DNA from: an uncultured Chloroflexia bacterium
GTDB lineage: Bacteria > Chloroflexota > Anaerolineae > JAAYZQ01
Direction of reading: 5' to 3'
Assembly (NCBI GenBank): GCA_963700285.1
Contig: CAVOXA010000014.1
Location: 192,001-256,000, forward strand
Length of the DNA: 64,000 bases
Position numbers and translations under genes: made by a program. A model generated the notes under the pieces. That model made no database searches. It saw nothing but the letters and a program-made list of their open reading frames with translations, and was not told the origin of the DNA. The first letter of the stretch is position 1; the number at the start of each line of letters is the position of its first letter. Below, piece after piece: positions 1 through 9,631 of this stretch.

Positions 1-256
1 CCGCGGGTAAGGCGCCCTGGCAAAAGCCGTCACGGTGCCGGCGCAGAAACTCACCGATGAGATCCTCGACCCCGGTATAGATGTCGGCGCAGTCAAAGGT
101 CGTGATGCCAGCCTCCACATAGAGGCGCATGTCAGCGAGGGCCTGCTCACGCTGGACGCGGCCGTGGCCACCGGCGAGCTGCCAGCCGCCCTTGATGACG
201 CGCGAGATGCTGTACTGGGGTGATAGCTGGGTTCGTTCCACGGTTGCTTGGCTCAT
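1..256 (-). CDS. Aldo/keto reductase, N-terminal part (runs off the window edge)
   Basis: Manual translation from ATG at 256 gives MSQATVERTQLSPQYSISRVIKGGWQLAGGHG...EAGITTFDCADIYTGVEDLIG, containing the AKR GxxxFDxAxxY motif. Not in the ORF track. Confidence 0.85.
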   Translation of the reverse strand, partial: MSQATVERTQLSPQYSISRVIKGGWQLAGGHGRVQREQALADMRLYVEAGITTFDCADIYTGVEDLIGEFLRRHRDGFCQGALPA

Positions 257-382
257 GGTATCCGTCCCTGATCGAGAGAGATGCTAGCCACGAACTGCAC
301 GAATTTCGCGAAAAAGGGCGAAAGGCTGGTTGATTATACCACAAGGGATGGGCGCGGTCCATGTACCACGGAAGGCAGAAAC

Positions 383-411
383 TTGACGGGCCGGCGGAGT
401 TGTGGTATAGT
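383..411 (+). promoter_or_regulatory. Sigma70-type promoter of tRNA-Asp
   Basis: TTGACG-17 bp-TATAGT with extended -10 TG, ending 12 bp before the tRNA. Confidence 0.75.
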
Positions 412-423
412 TGGCCGCGTACT

Positions 424-499
424 GGGGGCGTGGTGTAGTGGTTAACATGCCGGCCTGTCAAGCCGGAGATCGCGGGTTCAAATCCCGTCGCTCCCGCCA
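424..499 (+). tRNA. tRNA-Asp (GTC)
   Basis: Acceptor stem GGGGGCG/CGCTCCC, anticodon arm CCGGC-CTGTCAA-GCCGG, T-loop GGTTCAAATCC, encoded CCA end. Confidence 0.97.
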
Positions 500-506
500 G
501 TATGTC

Positions 507-544
507 AACTCCTGGGCTTTTTGGGGCCCGGGAGTTTTGCGTTT
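507..544 (+). terminator. Intrinsic terminator after tRNA-Asp
   Basis: Stem AACTCCTGGGC/GCCCGGGAGTT followed by a T-rich tract. Confidence 0.7.
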
Positions 545-887
545 GGCTACCCCCAGGATAGCACTGATGCGCCGGGCCAACTGATAGCGACCACCGGATC
601 GACACTTGGCCTTGACCTGGGGTGAGGCTGCCAAGTCCTGCCAGATGTTGCGTCTCGGCCTGGCAAACCGCTCGATTTTGCCGAGCAATCAAGCAGGGCC
701 AGCCGGATCTGCCCCCGCAACACCGCCCGCTTGCCAGGTCTGAACAAGGGGAAAATCGCGCCAGGCCAGGATGCCGACCCGAGCGATCTAGACACAGAAT
801 TGGAACTGCACTATACTGTTGCTGCAGGCCAGATTATGTACCAGCAGACTGCACGGGCCATGAAGGAGAGAATACGGGAGGACAACG

Positions 888-1967
888 ATGAACGGAGTGA
901 ACCCTGACTTCAGCCGCATCACAACCACGCTCGAGCATGAAGAGCCGGATAGGGTACCCCTTGCGGAAGTGGTCGTCGATTATGAGATCATGAGCCAGTT
1001 TCTGGGGCGCACAGTGGCGGATGAGGATGTCGCCGCTCAGGTGGAGTTCTGGACAAAGGCCGGCTACGATTTCATCCCGCTCACAGTAGGCGTCATGCGC
1101 CCCGGGGGCATTACGAAGGACTCGCAGATCTCAAGAGTGGTCAAAGAGTTCCTGCTGCGGGATGGGCAGGAGGCCGTCGCCAACGGCGACTGGAACATCT
1201 GGGCCAAGCCGCGCATCCACACCGAGGCCGACTGCGAGGCATTCCCCTGGGAAGCCTTGGCCCAACTAGATTTGAGAAGGTTCCACGAGGTTCAGACGTA
1301 CCTTCCAGAAGGGATGAAGATCATTGCCACTTCCGGCAAGATTTTCACAACTGCCTGGATGCTCATGGGTTTCGAGAATTTCGCCCTCAGCCTGAAGCGC
1401 AACCCAGGGTTCACGCGGCGGGTCATCGAGCAAGTGGCGCAGATCCAACTGGATGGCATCAAGGCCATCTCGACGATTCCCAATGTCGCTGCCATTTGGG
1501 CCGTGGACGACGTGACATGTGGCACCGGGCCCATTATCAGTCCCAGGGATCTTCGCCGTGAGCTGTTTCCTTGGTACGAGGAATTTGGCCGGTTGTGCCA
1601 CGAACACGCTCAGTATTTCTTCTTCCATACGGATGGTGTGTTGTGGGACATCCTGGAAGACCTCATCGCGTTGGGCATCGACGCCTTGCACCCCATCGAT
1701 CCCACCTGCATGGACATCGTGGAGGTGAAGGAAAAGCTGCGCGGAAGGGTGTGCATCATTGGCAACATCTCCAACCAACTCCTCGAGGAAGGCACACCTG
1801 AAGAGGTTTCCGAGCTCGTCAAGCTGCGCCTGCGCACGGTCGCACCTGGGGGCGGCTACTGCCTGGGCAGTGGGAACTCGGTACCCAACTGGGCAAGGAT
1901 TGAGAATTACAGAGCCATGATTGACGCGGGCCTCAAGTATGGCCGGTATCCAATCCATATCAGATGA
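888..1967 (+). CDS. Uroporphyrinogen decarboxylase (URO-D/MtaA-CmuA-like) family protein
   Basis: EEPDRVPL N-terminus, HTDG motif, IIGNI and GGGYCLGSGNSVP C-terminal motifs; GGAGG RBS. Confidence 0.85.
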   Translation: MNGVNPDFSRITTTLEHEEPDRVPLAEVVVDYEIMSQFLGRTVADEDVAAQVEFWTKAGYDFIPLTVGVMRPGGITKDSQISRVVKEFLLRDGQEAVANGDWNIWAKPRIHTEADCEAFPWEALAQLDLRRFHEVQTYLPEGMKIIATSGKIFTTAWMLMGFENFALSLKRNPGFTRRVIEQVAQIQLDGIKAISTIPNVAAIWAVDDVTCGTGPIISPRDLRRELFPWYEEFGRLCHEHAQYFFFHTDGVLWDILEDLIALGIDALHPIDPTCMDIVEVKEKLRGRVCIIGNISNQLLEEGTPEEVSELVKLRLRTVAPGGGYCLGSGNSVPNWARIENYRAMIDAGLKYGRYPIHIR

Positions 1968-2009
1968 CTGGGCTGCAAGAGATGTTGGTTAGGCCAATCG
2001 GGAGATAGG

Positions 2010-2603
2010 ATGAGATTCCTTTTTATTGCTGCCACTATCGTGGTACTTTTGCTCACCGCATGTGATGGCCCCGAAAAGCCCACTGCGGGAATTGGTCCTG
2101 AAGATACCCCAATTGAGACACCTGACATTGCCGAATCATCTCCCTCTGCTGCGCCACTGACTCGGAAAAGTCATGGAAACACCCTCATTGAGTCACCAGA
2201 GTATACTGGTGTCGTTTTCTCTGAGAATCGAGCTTCGGAGTTTAGCTTCTTATTTGACAGAGCTTCCACTGAATTCTGGGAGCCATCAATCAACGACGTC
2301 TCAAGAGCTGAGAAGTGTATCAGACAGCATCTTGTTTCTGTGCAGCAGGACCCGAATGATTACCAGAAAGAGCATGCTGCATTCATCTTGGAAAACCTTG
2401 GCGAATACCGGCGCCAATACGTAGGGATTGTTGTCGATGGTGAGAAGCGCATCTGGTGCAACGCGTTCTTCTTTGATGATTCATTCCCAGATTGGGAGCG
2501 TGATCCAGTTTACGTACTTGACGGGGGCAATCAATTCTGGCAGATCGAATATGATCTGCTCAAAGATAAATGTGTAAACTTCTACGTTCATGGAGAGGCA
2601 TAA
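2010..2603 (+). CDS. Hypothetical lipoprotein (possible integron-type cassette gene)
   Basis: Lipobox LLTAC; visibly lower GC than flanks; GGAG RBS. Confidence 0.75.
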   Translation: MRFLFIAATIVVLLLTACDGPEKPTAGIGPEDTPIETPDIAESSPSAAPLTRKSHGNTLIESPEYTGVVFSENRASEFSFLFDRASTEFWEPSINDVSRAEKCIRQHLVSVQQDPNDYQKEHAAFILENLGEYRRQYVGIVVDGEKRIWCNAFFFDDSFPDWERDPVYVLDGGNQFWQIEYDLLKDKCVNFYVHGEA

Positions 2604-2609
2604 GTCTAT

Positions 2610-2676
2610 GTCCGACAAGCCGTCCCGGCGGACTCAGACCCTTGCGGGGTTACGCCGCTGAGCTAGGCATCAGCGC
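2610..2676 (+). mobile_element. Degenerate attC-like recombination site
   Basis: GTCCGAC-AAGCC-GTCCCGGCGGAC...CGCCGCTGAGC-TAGGC-ATCAG follows the R''/L''/L'/R' layout just after the stop codon; GTTAGGC core at 1988-1994 precedes the gene. Confidence 0.45.
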
Positions 2677-2806
2677 GGGAACAAGGCGAGATCGATCCCT
2701 GAATGGCAAAGAGAACAAACACCCTCCGTCGCCTGGCTGTCCTATACGAGTCCGATCCAGTGAGGAGACCTTGGCTGTGGCGGCAAAGCCGCAAAAGCCT
2801 CTATGT

Positions 2807-3761
2807 CTATTGTAGTTGGGTCTTTATGAAATCCAACGTCTGCTCAATGATCTCGGCTGATCTCGGATGTGATCTCATGGTTTCTTCAAACTCATGCCGT
2901 CCTTCTTCGAACTCGACCAGGGTTATGTCCATATCACTGGCCAACCCGACATCAAGAAAGTGATCGATGGAGTCGTTCACATAGCGCAGCATGGGCTTGC
3001 GACCGCCGCGAACGATCAGCAGCGGCAGATCCGTACGCATCTGCGCGACATCCTCTAGTTCGGCTGCATAGCAGCCGGACCGCGAACACATATCGTTGAT
3101 CCCATCGCGGAATCTGTTGTCAGGGGTCAGCATCTGACCATAGTAGAATACGGCGAATTTGAGAAAGCCCCTGCCCTCCTGCATGGCGAAGGACATGGCC
3201 GTGGGGCTATTGTCCGCACAGGACCATAGGCCGATACGATTCGGGTCCATGTGATGGAGGTGCCCATTCTCCTGGATCCAGGCCACCACGGCCTCCAGGT
3301 CATCATACTGCTCGGTCTGATAAGTGATCGCGATGAGCCCGGACGCGGCTACCAGCCTGCCCCAGGAGACATATTGGCTCATCTCCTTGAGCGGCTCGGA
3401 AATGTAGGGTGCCCAGTCAGGGTAGCCCATGACAAAGATCACGACCGGCAGGGTGTCGCGCCCCTTTGGACCCGGCGGGTTATAGACATCCAGAGGCAAG
3501 AGCGAGCCATTTGCCGAGGGGTAATTCAGGTGCGTCACGACGATCTCATCCATCCCTGGGAGACTGAAGGCCAGCGAGTCAACGGGCAGATCACTGTGCG
3601 ATGCCGGTGTGGGTGGTGGGTAGGGTACTGGTTGGCGCGGGGGTATTCGTTGCCGGAAAGCTTGTGGGTGTGGGTGTAGGTTGGGAAGTACCACATGCCA
3701 CGAAAAGCAGGGTGACCAGTATACAACCAATCAACTTCGGTAGCAGTTCCTTGCGATCCAT
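2807..3761 (-). CDS. Lipoprotein alpha/beta hydrolase (one frameshift near 3620)
   Basis: ATG at 3761 with RBS gives MDRKELLPKLIGCILVTLLFVAC (lipobox) and a PT linker; the other frame continues with LDVYNPP..LPVVIFV, RIGLWSCAD and EGRHEFE (hydrolase fold). Confidence 0.7.
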
Positions 3762-3879
3762 CGTACCCTCCTTAAAGTCGTTGTTCGCTACAGAAACAGA
3801 CAGCAGTCACACGAGCAGCATGACACAAAGTATCGAGTATCCCGGCTGTTGAGGCGTTGAGAGGGCGGGAGACCCGCCC

Positions 3880-4098
3880 TCAGTACGACCTGTCTTGGGC
3901 AGAATCTACGTCGGAGGGCTCGAGAGTCTGTCGTCTCAAGAATAGAAACAGATCGTCCAGGCTGGCAAAGCCTTGGCTCTCGCCAGTGCGTGGGCTCTCC
4001 AGGGATGCCCTCCAGCCGGTTGTGCCCTCGCCCTTCACCTGCCACAAGCGCAGCAGGTAGGCGACGTACCTATGCTGCGGTTCAGTCACAATAACCAC
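3880..4098 (-). CDS. Small conserved hypothetical protein (YLLRLW...WRASLE...GFASL type)
   Basis: 72-aa ORF with this motif set, divergent from a BTAD regulator. Confidence 0.7.
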   Translation of the reverse strand: MVIVTEPQHRYVAYLLRLWQVKGEGTTGWRASLESPRTGESQGFASLDDLFLFLRRQTLEPSDVDSAQDRSY

Positions 4099-4159
4099 CG
4101 CTCCGGCCCTCTCTATCTCGCACGTCCTAATACCTCATTCAGCTCGACACTCCAGTCAT

Positions 4160-4192
4160 AGTGTAGCAGATGATCGCGTGAAAAGCGCGTGA
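4160..4192 (-). promoter_or_regulatory. SARP-type operator and -10 for the divergent operon
   Basis: Minus strand reads TCACGCG-N4-TCACGCG (11-bp period), 9 nt, then TACACT (-10). Confidence 0.6.
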
Positions 4193-4208
4193 GCTGAGCT
4201 TGGCCCAA

Positions 4209-4237
4209 TTGCCTTCTGTTTGAGCATGCGCTATAAT
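4209..4237 (+). promoter_or_regulatory. Sigma70 promoter of the BTAD regulator
   Basis: TTGCCT-17 bp-TATAAT. Confidence 0.65.
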
Positions 4238-4275
4238 GTATTCACGAACCGACGATTTCCAGGTGGTGCGGCAAG

Positions 4276-7200
4276 ATGGTCCGTCTATCCATTCGCCTGC
4301 TGGGTCCGGTTCAGGTCAGTTTGGATGACCAACCGATCACCCGCTTTGAGACGAAAAAGGGCCAGGCGCTGCTGGCCTTTCTGGCGGTTGAGGGTGACCA
4401 GCCGCACGGCCGGGCAGCACTGGCCGAGATGCTCTGGCCTGGCCGGGCAGAGGGCGCGGCCCGAGCAAACCTGCGCCATACCCTGGCCAAGCTCCGCACC
4501 GCCATCGGAGACCGCGAGGCCCTCCCACCCTTTCTGCTCATCGCCCGGGACACCACCCAGTTCAACAAGGCCAGCGACGCCTGGGTCGATGTCAGTACCT
4601 TCTCCGCGCTCTTGCAGAGCGCACAGGCCAAGACGCCAGCAAGCGGCAGGCAGACGATCCACCGGCTGGAAGAAGCGGTCAAACTGTACCGTGGCGTTTT
4701 TCTGGAGGACGTTTCGGTCCCCGATAGCGCTGCTTTTGAGGAATGGTTGCTGCTCAATCGCGAGCGATATGGCCGCCTGGCTTGGGACGCCCTGCACCTG
4801 CTGGCCGAACGATACGAGCAGATTGGGGAAACCGAACAGGCGCTGGCCCATACCAGGCACCAGGTAGAGTTGCAGCCGTGGCAGGAAGAAGCCCAGCGAC
4901 AGTTGATGCGCTTGCTGGCCGTCACCGGCCGCCGGGCTGGCGCACTGGCGCAGTACGAAGCTTGCCGGCGCGTCTTGGCCGAAGAGCTGGACATCGAACC
5001 GGAAGAGGAAACGATCGCTCTGTATGAGCGCATCCGCGATAGAGCCAGGTTGCTCCCTTCGTATTCGACCCCGCCGCATGGTCTGCCGGTGCCCCCTACT
5101 CCCTTTGTCGGACGGGAAGCCGAACTTGTCGAAATACAAGACCGCCTGCTAGGCCCAGATTGCCGGTTGCTGACCCTGGTCGGCCCCGGTGGCATCGGTA
5201 AAACACGCCTGGCTCTGGCGGCCGGTACACTGATTGCCGGAAGGCAGTACTTTGGGGAGTTCGACCGGGCGGGGACGGCATTTCCCCAGGGCATCGTCTT
5301 TGTGCCACTGGCACCCTTGGGTTCAGTAGGAGACATGGTACCTGCGATTGCTGATGCCTGCCAGGTGCGATTCGAAAGAGGGCAAGAACAGCTATTCGAC
5401 TACTTGCGCAAAAAGCGGCTTTTGCTCATTATCGACAATCTGGAGCACCTGCTAGACGGAGTTGGGCTGCTGGCTGAGATTCTCCGTACTGCTCCAGGCG
5501 TCAAGATATTGGCCACATCACAGGAGCGGTTGCGATTGCAGGGTGAGCACGTGTTTCCTGTTCCAGGGCTCGTGTTTCCAGAGCAGGAACCCACACCGTC
5601 TGCCCTGGCAGGCGTGGATGTGGACACCTACGTGGAGGCATATCCAGCCATCAGGCTGCTGGCAGAGAGTGTGCGTCGTATCCAACCGGCGTTTGCACCC
5701 GGCCCCGACGACCTGGCCGTGCTGGCGCGTATCTGCCACCTTTTGGATGGAATGCCCTTGGCCCTGGAACTGGCTGCATCCTGGACTGATGCGCTCTCTT
5801 TGAATGACATCCTTGTCGAGACCCGGCAGAGCTTGGATTTCCTACAGACGGAGTGGCGTGACATTCTCCGACGCCAACGCAGCGTCCGTGCTGTCTTTGA
5901 CACATCCTGGCGGCGGCTTGGCCAGGCAGAACAGGCGCTCTTCCCTCAACTCTCCGTCTTCCGGGGTGGCTTTACGCGGGTGGCCGCAGAGGAAGTGGCG
6001 GCAGGCAGCGTTGGGACAGGGCTCTTCGCCCGCCTGTTGTCCAAACTGGTCCACAAGTCGTTCATCCAATACGACCAGACCAGCGACCGATTCCAGGTGC
6101 ACAGATTGTTGCGCCAATATGGGGCAGAAAGACTGGCTCAGGATCCAGTCCACGAAGCAGAGGTACGGGATCATCACAGTTCCCACTTCTGCGGCTGGCT
6201 GGTCGAACAGGAAGCGAACCTGAACAGTGCCAAGCAGCAGCAAGTCCTGCAAAAGATTGAGGCTGAAATAGAGAACGTGCGGACCGCATGCAACTGGGCC
6301 GCAAGCCAGGGGCAGGCGGAACGACTAAGCAGGGTGATAGGCATCCTCGGCCTTTACTATGACTGGCGCGAAAGCTACCAGGCCGGCGAGCTAGTCCTCG
6401 GCAGTCTGGTGGAGAGACTTGCTGAGGCCCATGATCCCTCGTCGCCGATGACGGACAGCACGCTACGGGCCGCGGCCAGGATCCTGGTGTGGCAGGGCAG
6501 GTTCGCCGCGATGTTGGGAAAGCCAGAGGTCCGTGAAAGGCTGGTGTATGAAAGCCTAGCCCTCTTGGACTCCCCTCCGCTAGCCGACCAGGACACGCGG
6601 TCGGAGCGGGCGCACGTGTGGGCGCAATTGGCCTACACGCAGTACGGCAAAGACCTTGAGGCAGCAAGGGAGCTGTTCGTTCAAAGTCGCGATCTCTACC
6701 AGGTGCTCGGTGACCGGGGCGGCTCGGCCTACGCCCTACTGGGGCTGGGGCGCGTCGCCCGAAATCTGCAAGACTACGAAGAAGCTGAAGAGGCGCTCAC
6801 CCAGTCCCTGACCCTGCGCCAGGCCACAGGTGACCATGTCGGGGCCGCCCAAGCACTGAGTCTCTTGGGCGAGATGGCCCTGTACCAGGGAAAGTTTGGG
6901 AAGAGCGAGCGTTTGAGGCGGCAGAGCCTGGCCATCAACCGAAGCGCTTCTGGGCTGAATGATTTGGGGTTCACTTTAATCTGTTCCGGCCGGTTCGTCG
7001 AGGCAGAGAAGTTCGTGGCGGAAAGCGCTGTCCTGTGCAGGGATCTGGGTCTTGGTGTGGTGGCCTTCTGGACCTTCCTTGATCTGAGCCAGATCCACCT
7101 ACATCTGGGTGACTACCAGGCAGCGCGGGTGCAAGCAGAAGAAGCCCTGTCTCTTGCGCGCCAGGTCAAGTCTGATCGCAATACGGGCATCGCGTTGGGT

Positions 7201-7731
7201 CAGTTGGGGGCAGTGGCCCTGGCCGAAAGGGCGTATGCTCTAGCCCACGAACGGTGCGAGGAGAGTCTCGCCATCTGCCCGGAGGAGCCCGGAGCCTTGG
7301 GCTCACTCGCTTGTCTGGGCTTGGCAGCTCGCGGGCTGGGTCACCGCAAGGAGGCTGAGCAGTGCCTCCTCGCCCAGTTGCGGTGGGCTGTGGAACGCCG
7401 GTGTTTCTTTCCCCTTCCATGCACGCTTTCCGGCATCGCCCTCCTGCTGGCCGACAAGGGGCAAGCGGACCGAGCAGCGGAAGTCTATGCCCTCGCGCAA
7501 AGCTATCCCCTTGTAGCCAACTCGCTATGGTTCAAGGCGGTGGCCGGCGGCGAGATGGCTGCCGCTGCCGCTCGCCTCCCGCCACCAGCAGCCCAGGCAG
7601 CTCGTGCCCGTGGCCAGACGGTCGATCTTGGGCAAGGTGTCGCTGAGTGGCTCAACATTCTGGGCCCAGAATTCGGTCAGACTGAGCGCACCATGACCAG
7701 TCGCTGTCAAGTAGAACCCGGCGTCGAATGA
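4276..7731 (+). CDS. AfsR/SARP-family regulator: wHTH, BTAD, NB-ARC ATPase and TPR domains
   Basis: IRLLGP..ALLAFLAV wHTH; BTAD (LYRGVFL, QLMRLLAVTGRRAGALAQY); Walker A GPGGIGKT; LLIIDNLEH; GMPLALELAA; TPR repeats. Confidence 0.93.
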   Translation: MVRLSIRLLGPVQVSLDDQPITRFETKKGQALLAFLAVEGDQPHGRAALAEMLWPGRAEGAARANLRHTLAKLRTAIGDREALPPFLLIARDTTQFNKASDAWVDVSTFSALLQSAQAKTPASGRQTIHRLEEAVKLYRGVFLEDVSVPDSAAFEEWLLLNRERYGRLAWDALHLLAERYEQIGETEQALAHTRHQVELQPWQEEAQRQLMRLLAVTGRRAGALAQYEACRRVLAEELDIEPEEETIALYERIRDRARLLPSYSTPPHGLPVPPTPFVGREAELVEIQDRLLGPDCRLLTLVGPGGIGKTRLALAAGTLIAGRQYFGEFDRAGTAFPQGIVFVPLAPLGSVGDMVPAIADACQVRFERGQEQLFDYLRKKRLLLIIDNLEHLLDGVGLLAEILRTAPGVKILATSQERLRLQGEHVFPVPGLVFPEQEPTPSALAGVDVDTYVEAYPAIRLLAESVRRIQPAFAPGPDDLAVLARICHLLDGMPLALELAASWTDALSLNDILVETRQSLDFLQTEWRDILRRQRSVRAVFDTSWRRLGQAEQALFPQLSVFRGGFTRVAAEEVAAGSVGTGLFARLLSKLVHKSFIQYDQTSDRFQVHRLLRQYGAERLAQDPVHEAEVRDHHSSHFCGWLVEQEANLNSAKQQQVLQKIEAEIENVRTACNWAASQGQAERLSRVIGILGLYYDWRESYQAGELVLGSLVERLAEAHDPSSPMTDSTLRAAARILVWQGRFAAMLGKPEVRERLVYESLALLDSPPLADQDTRSERAHVWAQLAYTQYGKDLEAARELFVQSRDLYQVLGDRGGSAYALLGLGRVARNLQDYEEAEEALTQSLTLRQATGDHVGAAQALSLLGEMALYQGKFGKSERLRRQSLAINRSASGLNDLGFTLICSGRFVEAEKFVAESAVLCRDLGLGVVAFWTFLDLSQIHLHLGDYQAARVQAEEALSLARQVKSDRNTGIALGQLGAVALAERAYALAHERCEESLAICPEEPGALGSLACLGLAARGLGHRKEAEQCLLAQLRWAVERRCFFPLPCTLSGIALLLADKGQADRAAEVYALAQSYPLVANSLWFKAVAGGEMAAAAARLPPPAAQAARARGQTVDLGQGVAEWLNILGPEFGQTERTMTSRCQVEPGVE

Positions 7732-7860
7732 AGGCTGTGAGCTGCAGAATACTGAGAGACACGGCGCTACAATAGGGATGAACCGGTCCTGACAAGAACC
7801 TGTGGAGGGAGGGCCGGCGTATCACAGACCCTTACCTGCACCAGGCGTGAGGAGGAACCC

Positions 7861-9336
7861 ATGAAACTGGTCATTGCCTTGATGAGTCATGAAACCAATA
7901 CCTTTTCTCCCGTTCCGACCCCCTGGGAACGGTTCGCTGACGAGGCAGGGAATAGTGGGGAGGCAGCAATTCGGGCCTATCAGGGCACGAACACACCGAT
8001 CGCCGCCTACATCGACCTGGCCCGAGAGGTAGGTGCCGAGATCGAGGTACCCATTGCCGCGGGGGCGAGTCCGTCGGGCCCGGTGGCGGCCCAAGCCTAC
8101 GAGTTTATGACCAACGCCATCCTGGAGGCCATAGGCCGAGGCTGTGACGCGGTCATGTTGGACCTGCACGGCGCTATGGTTGCCGAGACTACTCCCGACG
8201 GTGAGGGTACCCTGCTTAAAGCCATCCGCGCCATCGCCCCCGAGGTTCCAATCTGTGTGACCTGTGACCTGCACGCCAACCTGACGCAGGACATGGTCGG
8301 CAATTGCAGTGCCATCATTGGCTACAAGACCTATCCCCACGTGGACACCTACGATGCCGGCCAGCAGATTGGCCGCGTCCTGCTCGATCAACTGGCCGGC
8401 AAGGTAAAGCCGGTGATGGCCTGGGGCAACCGGCCCATGCTACCCCACACGCTGTGCATGGGGCACGAGTTCGAGCCCATGAAGACGCTGCAGGAGATGG
8501 CCCGCGCGGCAGAGCGGGACGGCGCCCTGGCTGCTTCGGTGTTCGGGGGCTTTCCTCTGGCGGATATCGAGTCCGCTGGCCTTTCCGCCGTCGTCAGCAC
8601 AGATGGTGACCCGGATGCGGCTCGCGCCATGGCCGAGCGGCTGCTGGATGCCGCCTGGGAGCGGCGCGCAGGCTTTTCCTATCACGGCGAGCCCCTGGCT
8701 GAGGCGGTCGCGCGCGCCAAGCAGATGGAGGATGGGCCCATCGTGCTGTTGGACCACGCGGACAACTGCGCTTCTGGCGGCACCCAGGACATGATGACGG
8801 TGATCGCAGAGGTGCTGCGCCAGGGACTCGAAGACGTGGCCGTCGGAGCCCTGTGGGACCCTGCGGCCGTTCGAGAGATGGCCAGGGCAGGCGTTGGCGC
8901 AACGGTCACGCTGCCTTTGGGCGGCAGGAGCGACGTCCCCTCGCTGGGCCTGAAGGGTGAGCCCCTGGAGGTGACCGGCAAGGTCCGGCACCTGTCGGAT
9001 GGAGAGTTTATCGTGCGTGGGCCGATGGCCACCGGGCGCAAGATGCGAATGGGGCCAACCGCCGTGTTGGACACCGGGCAGATGGAGATCGTGATCATCA
9101 GCCGGCACACGGAGCCCTGGGATGCTGGCGTGTTCACTTCGGTGGGCATCGATCCGGGCGCCAAGCGCTACCTATTGCTCAAATCTCGCGTTCACTGGCG
9201 GGCGGGTTTTGGGCCACTGGCCCGCCAGACGGTACCATGTGATGGGCTGGGCGCCACCAGTTCAGATTATGGTTTGTTTGAGTTTCGACATCTCCGGCGT
9301 CCGATCTACCCCCTCGACGACGTGCGGTTGCCCTAG
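7861..9336 (+). CDS. M81 family (MlrC-like) metallopeptidase
   Basis: HETNTFSP, LDLHGAM, DLHAN, YPHVD and DNCASGG motifs. Confidence 0.9.
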   Translation: MKLVIALMSHETNTFSPVPTPWERFADEAGNSGEAAIRAYQGTNTPIAAYIDLAREVGAEIEVPIAAGASPSGPVAAQAYEFMTNAILEAIGRGCDAVMLDLHGAMVAETTPDGEGTLLKAIRAIAPEVPICVTCDLHANLTQDMVGNCSAIIGYKTYPHVDTYDAGQQIGRVLLDQLAGKVKPVMAWGNRPMLPHTLCMGHEFEPMKTLQEMARAAERDGALAASVFGGFPLADIESAGLSAVVSTDGDPDAARAMAERLLDAAWERRAGFSYHGEPLAEAVARAKQMEDGPIVLLDHADNCASGGTQDMMTVIAEVLRQGLEDVAVGALWDPAAVREMARAGVGATVTLPLGGRSDVPSLGLKGEPLEVTGKVRHLSDGEFIVRGPMATGRKMRMGPTAVLDTGQMEIVIISRHTEPWDAGVFTSVGIDPGAKRYLLLKSRVHWRAGFGPLARQTVPCDGLGATSSDYGLFEFRHLRRPIYPLDDVRLP

Positions 9337-9483
9337 TGGCAGTCTCGCCAAGTGGGTACGATTCGGGCACCGCCGTAAACGGGCGGTGCTGGGCAGATTT
9401 CTGCCGATTTCAGTGCCTAGCACCGGCTCTTCCAGGCCGGTGCGATACAGCGTGATCACTAGAGACTTGGCGAGAGAACCACT
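9335..9483. repeat. ~150 bp element with terminal inverted repeats and two internal hairpins (MITE-like or structured RNA)
   Basis: AGTGGcagTCTCGCCAAGT ... ACTTGGCGAGAgaaCCACT; internal stems GCACCGCC/GGCGGTGC and GCACCGGC/GCCGGTGC. Confidence 0.5.
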
Positions 9484-9631
9484 TGGCCTTGGAGCCCGCA
9501 CGAGGTCACGAATGGCTGGCCTATCCTGGCCGAAACTGCCGCCCTGCCAGGGATTAGCCTGCCAGCCCGAGTCGCATCATGGGATGCTACATCTGGAGGC
9601 AGGCCCACGTTTGGTTCTACCAGCATGTTGC

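Noticed and set aside
424-499. tRNA-Asp as the attachment site of an integrated element
   Set aside because: No integrase and no duplicated tRNA 3' end seen in the window; the native terminator follows directly.
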